This document shows positions 17,922 through 24,284 of a DNA stretch of 24,284 bases, one piece after another. Under the pieces are notes generated by a model. The model had not been told where the DNA came from, did no database searches, and saw nothing but the letters and a program-made list of their open reading frames with translations. The DNA is taken from assembly GCA_020629755.1 (NCBI GenBank), contig JAHDCS010000039.1, positions 1-24,284 on the forward strand, read 5' to 3'. Numbering within the stretch: position 1 is the stretch's first letter; every line of letters starts with the position of its first letter. Origin of the DNA: Flavobacteriales bacterium. GTDB lineage: Bacteria > Bacteroidota > Bacteroidia > Flavobacteriales_G > JALEGO01. The position numbers were made by a program, and so were the translations under genes.

Positions 17922-18389
17922 ATGGCAGATGTTCGATGTTTTCAAACCACTCAAAAGATTAAAGGAAATTTAGATCAGGTGTGGTCTTTTTTTTCTACAC
18001 CTTTAAATCTCAATAATATAACGCCGCCCGACATGCATTTTGATATTTTGCCTAATCAGCACTTAGACCACATGTATCCAGGACAAATTATCCGTTATAA
18101 TATAGAACCTTTTAAAGGCATTAAATTTCGTTGGGTAACAGAAATTACGCATGTAAAAGACAAGGCTTTTTTTGTAGATGAGCAACGTTTTGGCCCTTAT
18201 GCCTTTTGGCATCATCAGCATATTTTTAACCAGATAAGCCCAGATTGCGTCACTATGCAAGATATTGTGCATTATGCATTGCCCTTTGGCAAGCTTGGGC
18301 AAATATTTGCAGGAGGGATGGTTCGTAAAAAAATAGAATCCATATTTAAGTATAGAAAAGAGCTCATAGGCAATTATTTTAAAGGCTAA
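17922..18389 (+). CDS. SRPBCC (START/Bet v1/polyketide-cyclase-like) superfamily protein, 155 aa
   Basis: The size, the predicted beta-rich core and a FWHHQHIF-type motif near residue 95 are reminiscent of COG4276-type SRPBCC ligand-binding proteins. This is pattern-based recall, not an alignment. Confidence 0.5.
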   Translation: MADVRCFQTTQKIKGNLDQVWSFFSTPLNLNNITPPDMHFDILPNQHLDHMYPGQIIRYNIEPFKGIKFRWVTEITHVKDKAFFVDEQRFGPYAFWHHQHIFNQISPDCVTMQDIVHYALPFGKLGQIFAGGMVRKKIESIFKYRKELIGNYFKG

Positions 18390-18436
18390 AGAGGCGCTGC
18401 CTTATTTTTTGGATGGATTTGCATTAAATTTGTAGT

Positions 18437-20842
18437 GTGAGAGCCTTAATAATATTTGTAGTATTTTTTTTGAATATTAAAGGGGATGTGCTTTCTCAGT
18501 GTAACTCATTGGTTATAAATGGGGATTTTGAGCAAGGAAATATAGGCTTTACAGCCCCTAATCACCTATACAACCCGATGCCTAACAATGCCTGTGTTGG
18601 CAATGACGGAGATTACACTATTGCACCGATAGCCGAGTGCTTTTTCATCAGTTGGCTCAATGACTTTTCATGGCAGATCGATCAAGATCATACAGGAGGG
18701 GGTAATTTTATGATGATAAACATCAATAATACACTGGGGGGGACTCCAAATTTTTATTGTACACAAGTTGCCACTCAAGTAGGGCAGTCTTATTTTTTTG
18801 AGTACTGGGGGCGCATACCTAATATTTTACAAGGCGATACCAATGCTACTGTTGATATTAAACTCAATGGTATTGCGCAAAATGTGCCCAATACTTTTTT
18901 ACAAAACAATCAATGGCAAAGACATAGTTTTACCTTTGTCGCCACTAGCACACAAACTGAAATTTGTTTGTATCAATATTTTCCGCATCCTGGTCCTGGT
19001 ATAGCAGGGCTTGATTTTGCTATTGATGATGTATTTTTAAAGCCTATAATTGATCAGGTAAATGTGACGGCATCTGCAACAGATCCTCTTTGTTTAGGTG
19101 ATTCTATAACTTTTTCTTTTGATTATCAAATGGCTTCTGGAGCACCTTCTGCGTATCTGGGTAGCGTATGCATTTCTATAAATGACGGCATCTCTACAAC
19201 CGAATATAATGTAACCCCTTTTGATACCTTGGTTTTTTATCCTTCAGATACTACGACATATACTTTAAACTTTATTGATAATGGAGTGTCTTCACTCATT
19301 GGACAAGTCACTGCTAATGTGGTTGATTTAAAGGCAAATGCATTCTTTATTTCTTCAGATATTTGTGTGGGCTCTGAAAATGAAATATCGGTCTTACAGC
19401 AACCAGGATTAGGTCTTTTTAGTTTGCTCTCGAGTTCATCTGGCTCAGGAGTTGTTGACCCGGTTTCTGGCATTATACAAGGTGCTGAAGCTGCAGATGA
19501 GTATCATTTGCAATATTTAATTCCTGATGATATAACCTGTGATAGTGATACTATGGTTGATACCGTTAGGGTATTTGGTAAAGATGCCGCTTTTTTATTT
19601 CCAGATTTTTGTGAAGGAGATACCACAAGCCCTACTGCGACGAATACTGGAGGAATTTTTTCTTTTGCAAGCGTGCCATCTGATGGGGCTCAAATCGATG
19701 CACAAACAGGGTCTGTATTTTTCTCTACGCAGTCAAGCGTTTATTCTGTGGTTTATACCATACAAGACCAAGGATGTATAAATAGAGATACCCTCAGTGT
19801 TCAAGTCATTGAAAAGCCTACGTTAAATGTAACTGGAGAAGGAGATATTTGCGATACAATCACAGATGTGTACACCCTTGAATTTTCAGGAAATTCGCCT
19901 TTTACGGCATCGTATCTTGTTGAGGATGATACAGTTCTATTGTCGGGTTTTATGGGTATGGAATTCAGTGATACGGTCTATTCATCTACGATGATTCAAG
20001 CATTGACAATAGAAGATAAAAATTGTGTTGGTATTGCAACTGGCGAGGCCTTATTTGAGTCTAGGTTGCTTGAGTTTTCAGTGGATACCCCTGGAACCTG
20101 TGAGGGCTACCCTAGGCGCTTTGATATTCTATCGCCCAATATAGATGTGAGCTCTACCTGTACTTGGTATTTTGGTGATGGAGATTCTGCTCAAGGGTGC
20201 TTCTCACAAGAACATGAATATTTGAATCCGGGCTGCTATGATGTGCGTTTGAGTATTGGGGGGGATGTAGGATGTGTTTCTGAAAAAACAATTCCATCTA
20301 TTACGTGCATCTATAAAAGTCCGACTGCGTTTTTTAATCATAGCCCTCTGGTACCTACTTTAAATGAGCACGTATTGACGCTTTTTGATGATTCTGAAGA
20401 CCATAACGCGGTTAAGTGGTTTGTGGATGATAATCTATTTGATTCTACCTCGTCTTTTATTCTGGATTTAGGGCAAGATCTCTCAGATACAATAGAGATA
20501 TGTTTAGCGGCACAAAGTGCTACTTTTTGTGCAGATACTTTTTGTAGGGATTTCTTTTTAACAGAAGATCCGGTTATTTATGTGCCTAATGCATTTACAC
20601 CAAATAAAAATGGCATTAACGATGGGTTTTATCCGGTTGTTCATCAGCTTTTGTACTATCAGTTTCAAATTTACAACAGATGGGGAGAGCAAGTTTTTAA
20701 TTCTGTTAATCCTACAGAAAAGTGGGACGGCACTTATCAAAGTAAAGCTGCAAAACAAGATATGTATCTGTGGGAGTTAAATTATACGGATGTATTTTTA
20801 CAATCTGGCACCAAAAGAGGAACCGTATTTTTAATTCGTTAA
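18437..20842 (+). CDS. Large secreted multidomain protein with a type-B T9SS (gliding-motility-associated) C-terminal sorting domain, 801 aa. Domains in order: N-terminal CBM-like jelly-roll domain, Ig-like repeats, PKD-like domain, C-terminal sorting domain
   Basis: GTG start at 18437 immediately after an in-frame TAA. Hydrophobic N-terminus MRALIIFVVFFLNIKG. The N-terminal domain carries a GDFEQG...W motif typical of CBM4/9/16-like modules. A PKD-like segment is present (CTWYFGDGDSAQG...YLNPGCYDVRLSIG). The C-terminal 90 aa (YVPNAFTPNKNGINDGFYPV...YQFQIYNRWGEQVFNS...KWDGTYQ...DMYLWELNY...GTVFLIR) is a textbook CHU_C/T9SS type-B domain. Confidence 0.85.
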   Translation: MRALIIFVVFFLNIKGDVLSQCNSLVINGDFEQGNIGFTAPNHLYNPMPNNACVGNDGDYTIAPIAECFFISWLNDFSWQIDQDHTGGGNFMMININNTLGGTPNFYCTQVATQVGQSYFFEYWGRIPNILQGDTNATVDIKLNGIAQNVPNTFLQNNQWQRHSFTFVATSTQTEICLYQYFPHPGPGIAGLDFAIDDVFLKPIIDQVNVTASATDPLCLGDSITFSFDYQMASGAPSAYLGSVCISINDGISTTEYNVTPFDTLVFYPSDTTTYTLNFIDNGVSSLIGQVTANVVDLKANAFFISSDICVGSENEISVLQQPGLGLFSLLSSSSGSGVVDPVSGIIQGAEAADEYHLQYLIPDDITCDSDTMVDTVRVFGKDAAFLFPDFCEGDTTSPTATNTGGIFSFASVPSDGAQIDAQTGSVFFSTQSSVYSVVYTIQDQGCINRDTLSVQVIEKPTLNVTGEGDICDTITDVYTLEFSGNSPFTASYLVEDDTVLLSGFMGMEFSDTVYSSTMIQALTIEDKNCVGIATGEALFESRLLEFSVDTPGTCEGYPRRFDILSPNIDVSSTCTWYFGDGDSAQGCFSQEHEYLNPGCYDVRLSIGGDVGCVSEKTIPSITCIYKSPTAFFNHSPLVPTLNEHVLTLFDDSEDHNAVKWFVDDNLFDSTSSFILDLGQDLSDTIEICLAAQSATFCADTFCRDFFLTEDPVIYVPNAFTPNKNGINDGFYPVVHQLLYYQFQIYNRWGEQVFNSVNPTEKWDGTYQSKAAKQDMYLWELNYTDVFLQSGTKRGTVFLIR

Positions 20843-20850
20843 GTTGAACA

Positions 20851-20887
20851 GGTCTAAATAGATTAAATAGCAAATAATAAAAGACCT
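20851..20887 (+). terminator. Weak candidate hairpin downstream of the T9SS-cargo gene
   Basis: Inverted repeat AGGTCT (20851-20856) and AGACCT (20882-20887), followed by an AAAAAGG tract. The loop is long (~25 nt), so this is at best a weak or atypical terminator. Confidence 0.15.
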
Positions 20888-20902
20888 AAAAAGGCGTTAT
20901 CT

Positions 20903-21373
20903 ATGAAAAGAGTAGCGGTATTTCCTGGGAGTTTTGATCCTGTCACACAAGGGCATTATAGGTTAGTGGTTGATGCACTTGAGTTATTTGATCACATTAT
21001 AGTGGCACTAGGCGTTAATACATCAAAAACATGTATGTTTTCATCTACCCAAAGGTTAGGGTTTTTAGAAAAAACATTTCAGCACCTCGATAAGGTCACG
21101 GTGGATTCTTTTGAAGGCTTAACCATAGATTTTTGTCAGGCACAGAATGCCCAGTTTATTTTAAGGGGATTAAGAAATACGCAAGATTTTGAATATGAGA
21201 AATCAATTGCTCAAATGAATAAAAAGATGAATGCTCAGATTGACACTGTTTTTTTAATGGCAAGCCAAGATAATCAAGCCCTAAGTTCGTCTATATTAAG
21301 AGAACTGATCAAGAACAATAAAAACGTGGATCCTTTTTTACCTGAACACCTTTCGTATGAAGATTTGTGTTAA
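20903..21373 (+). CDS. coaD: Pantetheine-phosphate adenylyltransferase (PPAT), 156 aa
   Basis: N-terminal AVFPGSFDPVTQGHY nucleotidyltransferase (H/T)xGH motif. ~160-aa length. C-terminal region conserved (ISSSILRELI). Confidence 0.9.
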   Translation: MKRVAVFPGSFDPVTQGHYRLVVDALELFDHIIVALGVNTSKTCMFSSTQRLGFLEKTFQHLDKVTVDSFEGLTIDFCQAQNAQFILRGLRNTQDFEYEKSIAQMNKKMNAQIDTVFLMASQDNQALSSSILRELIKNNKNVDPFLPEHLSYEDLC

Positions 21374-22721
21374 TGTAATATTCTTTTTTTACTGTTCAAT
21401 TTGTTTGGGCGCGGTGGCTAATCTTAAAGTGATTGGCTTAAAATCACAGGTGCTTCGCGTATTAAAAGAGAGCGAAAACATCACGCATCACAGAGCATTA
21501 ATTGCAAAGCAATACATAGATGCAGACACTTTTTTAATGCAGATCCCCTTAACAGATACTGCAATGTATGAGTTAAGTTATCAGAATTATTCAGGCACAA
21601 TGTTTTTGTATCCAGGCGATTTTACAGTTTTACTAAAAGTAGATTCTGTAGAACAGCAGAAAAAAGCCTTTGAATCATCATGGTGCTATATAGATGTGTT
21701 AGATGAACCAGAAGGGATTAACAAGCAGATTGATGATATAAATGACGTATACGACGCACTTGCTCTAGAAAAAGTGATGCAAAAAAAAGACTTTAGTTTT
21801 GATTCGCTGCTCAACCTATTTTACGCTTCTAAGACCAATTCTTTTGTGCGCAAATTTGGCTTGTATTCGGCTTGCTCTTTTTATGCCGCTTACCAACATC
21901 CCCCCGAAAACAATAAACAACAACATTTAGATCAGTTAAAGTCTACAAAGTCGTATTTATACAAAGCCTACCTTAAACAGGTGCTCAGTTCAAGTATTAA
22001 GAGAAAGATAAATCAAGAGCGGATCATGGCTCTTTTTCATCAATTATCTGCCTCTGCTTTTTGTGACAGCTTACTTAGTGAAATGCCTGTGTACGCCAAG
22101 CATGATAAGGATTATGCGGCATTGTTTTTTTTATATAAAGCGAGTTTAGATAAACGTTATCAAGAAAAAGACCTCTTAAATCATTTACAGTATTTTATAG
22201 ATTCTAAAGACAAAGACACGCGTTTGATTGCGCAGAATATTTACACAAAGCTCAGCCATTTAAAAGCACCTTCTTTTGATCTTAATCAATTTGAGTTATG
22301 GTCTAAAGAAGATCGCCAGAAACACGTGCTTTCTGACTTATTTAATGGGCCTTTGAATTTGATGGTGATGTGTGCTCAAAACAATAAAAAGTCGGTGTCT
22401 GATATACAGTATATTAAAAGTTATCTCACCTCAAAAAAAAGAGAAGTACAAATGATCTTAACAGAGATTTCCAGTAAAGATAAAGGGGCTTTTTTGGCCG
22501 ATAAAACGGCGCTTTTAAAAGAGGCTTTTTATCCTGAAGATGTGTATGCGTTTAATGGGTATTTTGATTTGGTTTCTGCGCCTGTTTTTATGCTTTTTGA
22601 TGCTCAAAAAAAGCGGATACACTATGCCATTGAAGCAACAGAGATGCTCACTTTTATAGAGCAGTACTTTGAAAAAGAAGCCGAGAAAAAACGCAAAAAA
22701 ATTAAAATCGGAGAGCGCTGA
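21357..22721 (+). CDS. Hypothetical exported or membrane-anchored protein, 454 aa
   Basis: The start overlaps the coaD 3' end by 17 nt. The N-terminus is a hydrophobic signal/anchor (MKICVNVIFFFYCSICLGAVA). The body is largely helical and Lys/Asp-rich. The tail is highly basic (EKEAEKKRKKIKIGER). No recognisable catalytic motif. The C-terminal ~100 aa might adopt a thioredoxin-like fold without a CxxC, which is weak inference. Confidence 0.55.
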   Translation: MKICVNVIFFFYCSICLGAVANLKVIGLKSQVLRVLKESENITHHRALIAKQYIDADTFLMQIPLTDTAMYELSYQNYSGTMFLYPGDFTVLLKVDSVEQQKKAFESSWCYIDVLDEPEGINKQIDDINDVYDALALEKVMQKKDFSFDSLLNLFYASKTNSFVRKFGLYSACSFYAAYQHPPENNKQQHLDQLKSTKSYLYKAYLKQVLSSSIKRKINQERIMALFHQLSASAFCDSLLSEMPVYAKHDKDYAALFFLYKASLDKRYQEKDLLNHLQYFIDSKDKDTRLIAQNIYTKLSHLKAPSFDLNQFELWSKEDRQKHVLSDLFNGPLNLMVMCAQNNKKSVSDIQYIKSYLTSKKREVQMILTEISSKDKGAFLADKTALLKEAFYPEDVYAFNGYFDLVSAPVFMLFDAQKKRIHYAIEATEMLTFIEQYFEKEAEKKRKKIKIGER

Positions 22722-22806
22722 TTCTTTAAGATAGGTCTTATTAGTATTAAAGTTTTAGCTATTATGATTACCTTTAGCAGCTCATGTTAAATATGACCTA
22801 TTAGTT

Positions 22807-22899
22807 ATGACAAAAGGAGCGTTAGGATTTTTGGCTATTGCCGCTGTAATTTGGGTGTTTTGGATGACCTATGTGTTTATTGTAAAAAAAAGAAAGTAA
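22807..22899 (+). CDS. Unannotated micro-ORF encoding a 30-aa single-pass membrane peptide (MTKGALGFLAIAAVIWVFWMTYVFIVKKRK)
   Basis: ATG at 22807 and TAA at 22897-22899, ending 1 nt before the ATG of the SPFH lipoprotein gene at 22901. The product has a hydrophobic core plus a positively charged C-terminal anchor (KKRK), typical of small membrane proteins. It is below the ORF-track size cutoff. Confidence 0.4.
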   Translation: MTKGALGFLAIAAVIWVFWMTYVFIVKKRK

Positions 22900-22900
22900 G

Positions 22901-23665
22901 ATGAAAAAATTATGTGTTTTAGGGGGGATGTTTGTTTTTATTTTCTCATGCACTTCTGTTGAGTCTGGTAGAAAAGGTGTTGAGGTGTCTTGGGGAGGAA
23001 GAACAAATATGGAAAAAGTTTACTCTGAAGGTCTTGTGTGGGGGATTAATTGGATTTGGGATGACATGATTGAATATGATGTGCGAGAGCGTACCATGGT
23101 TAAAAAATTTGAATTTAATGATAAAAACAATATGCTTACAGGCGTTGAGTTGTCTTTAGATTACAATCTAAACCCTAATCATGTCAATAAATTGCATGTT
23201 AAAATTAACGATCATGAAACCAAGATTATTAAAACGCTTAAGTCATCAGCCAAGGAGGTGGTGCCTCAATATACCGCTTCAGAATTAAATTTAACCAAAC
23301 GACAAGAAGCTGAAGATAAGATTAGTAGTATCTTATCCGAAGAATTGCCAGAATTTTACATAGACTTTGCCAGAGTTCAATTAACCGATGTAGATATTCC
23401 ATCTCAAATTGCGCAAACCGCAGAGGCAACAGCTAAACAGCTTGAGTTAAATAAACTGGCCCTAGAAAAAGCCCAAGAGGCAGAAAATAACTTTAGAGCT
23501 GCAGAATGGGATGCCAAAACAAAGGATGTTTTGTCTCAGCCAAAAATGTTAAAGCTTTACGAATTAGAGCTTCAAGAAAAGTGGATTAAAAAATGGGATG
23601 GCTCATTTGGCGACAACAATGTTTTTGGCGCTGAAGGTACCTCTATCTTAAAAGGGATTAAATAA
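22901..23665 (+). CDS. SPFH/Band-7 (prohibitin/HflC-like) family lipoprotein, 254 aa
   Basis: Lipoprotein signal MKKLCVLGGMFVFIFS-C. The SPFH core carries VVPQYTASELNLTKRQEAEDKI...LPEFYIDFARVQLTDVDIPSQIAQTAEATAKQLELNK..A.EKAQEAE, matching the conserved SPFH fold plus the C-terminal Ala/Glu-rich coiled coil. Confidence 0.75.
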   Translation: MKKLCVLGGMFVFIFSCTSVESGRKGVEVSWGGRTNMEKVYSEGLVWGINWIWDDMIEYDVRERTMVKKFEFNDKNNMLTGVELSLDYNLNPNHVNKLHVKINDHETKIIKTLKSSAKEVVPQYTASELNLTKRQEAEDKISSILSEELPEFYIDFARVQLTDVDIPSQIAQTAEATAKQLELNKLALEKAQEAENNFRAAEWDAKTKDVLSQPKMLKLYELELQEKWIKKWDGSFGDNNVFGAEGTSILKGIK

Positions 23666-23692
23666 GTAAAAACGCTGCTTTTTTTTAGCTGT

Positions 23693-24253
23693 TTACTCTA
23701 AGGCACTTAAAAAATCTAGTACATTGATATTGTCAGCATAATCAGAGATGCTTGGGTGTTGCGCTTTCCCAATAGTGCTTGTGCTGGTTTCTTTAAATAC
23801 ACAATTAGATACGACACATTGAATCTGAGCGCCCTTTGTGGCTATTTCCTTTTCAACTTGATGCAAATTCTTAAAGAAAGTGTAATGCACTACACCTATC
23901 GGGGCGTCTATGGGTTGCTCTTGTTTTAAAATTAAATAACCAAGATCAATAATTGGCGTTTGGTTCATTAGAGCTATTGTTTGTTGATATTGATAATTAT
24001 TTAAATAACTATTGTTTTTTGTTAAACAATCAAATGGGACTTGAATGTTTTTGAATATGTCTAGATCAAAGCCTTCTTCAAAATATATTTTACTTACGTT
24101 TCTACAACCCATTCCAAAATAAGAAGTGATGTCAAATAATAGATCTTGTACTTCTTTTTTTGTGGTTGTTTTTTTTAATACCGCCACACCGTTTCTGTGT
24201 CCGCGAATAATGTGTGGTTTTTTAGAAAAGTATTCTTTAAAAATAGATGTCAT
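23693..24253 (-). CDS. Possible LuxC-type acyl-CoA reductase-like protein (C-terminal-half-sized, 186 aa), or a hypothetical protein
   Basis: Motifs resembling Flavobacterial 'acyl-CoA reductase' proteins (GMGCRNVSKIYFEEGFDLD; HIIRGHRNGVAV), from memory only. The ORF starts at ATG 24251-24253 and an in-frame stop lies 6 codons upstream (24272-24274). It is therefore either a short standalone protein or the distal part of a disrupted gene whose 5' part lies beyond the window. Confidence 0.35.
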   Translation of the reverse strand: MTSIFKEYFSKKPHIIRGHRNGVAVLKKTTTKKEVQDLLFDITSYFGMGCRNVSKIYFEEGFDLDIFKNIQVPFDCLTKNNSYLNNYQYQQTIALMNQTPIIDLGYLILKQEQPIDAPIGVVHYTFFKNLHQVEKEIATKGAQIQCVVSNCVFKETSTSTIGKAQHPSISDYADNINVLDFLSALE

Positions 24254-24284
24254 TTTATTGCAATAATTGCATCAAAAGAGACTT

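Noticed and set aside
18063-20780. Small ORFs 18063..18302 (-), 18798..19004 (+), 19237..19473 (-), 19539..19781 (+), 20558..20758 (-), 20580..20780 (+) overlapping the SRPBCC gene and the 801-aa cargo gene
   Set aside because: These are alternative-frame or antisense ORFs inside better-supported genes. They have no motifs and no independent start context.
23666-23692. Terminator hairpin between the SPFH gene and the convergent LuxC-like gene (AAAAACGCTGCTTTTTTTT)
   Set aside because: A-run and T-run flank a short CGCTGC segment but no stable inverted repeat is evident. At most this is a weak A/T-tract.
1-24284. Search for tRNA/rRNA genes, IS elements, integrases, toxin-antitoxin or restriction-modification hallmarks
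   Set aside because: No cloverleaf-like conserved tRNA boxes were seen in the intergenic regions, and there are no transposase/integrase motifs or terminal inverted repeats. All large ORFs are accounted for by metabolic or envelope functions. GC content appears uniformly low throughout, with no sign of a foreign island.

Overview
The window is a 24.3-kb chromosomal segment that reads like a low-GC Bacteroidetes genome of Flavobacteriia/Cytophagia type. Three signals support this: type-B T9SS ('gliding-motility-associated') C-terminal sorting domains, lipoprotein signal peptides ending in Cys, and TAnnTTTG-like -7 promoter motifs with no Shine-Dalgarno sequences. Coding density is high, with about 17 CDS on both strands and no rRNA, tRNA, CRISPR, transposase or integrase. 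Several products are recognisable housekeeping enzymes: thioredoxin reductase (CAVC), 6-phosphofructokinase, pyruvate carboxylase (1155 aa, AMKM biotinylation site), pantetheine-phosphate adenylyltransferase and an SSF-family Na+/solute symporter. Interleaved with these are cell-envelope and accessory genes. One is a 1034-aa ABC protein fusing an NBD and an ABC-2 permease with extra N- and C-terminal domains. Two are large secreted proteins with T9SS type-B C-terminal domains. One is a 1132-aa TPR/PD40/TSP3-repeat/OmpA outer-membrane protein carrying a 144-bp tandem repeat array (four near-identical copies plus degenerate ones). The remainder are a run of three signal-peptide-bearing proteins of unknown function (296, 154 and 454 aa), an SPFH/prohibitin-family lipoprotein preceded by an unannotated 30-aa single-TM micro-ORF, and a DUF-like 153-aa protein followed by an SRPBCC protein. 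No canonical defence or mobile system is evident. The most unusual items are the multi-domain ABC fusion with its neighbouring lipoprotein genes, the micro-ORF/SPFH pair and the recently expanded repeat array.
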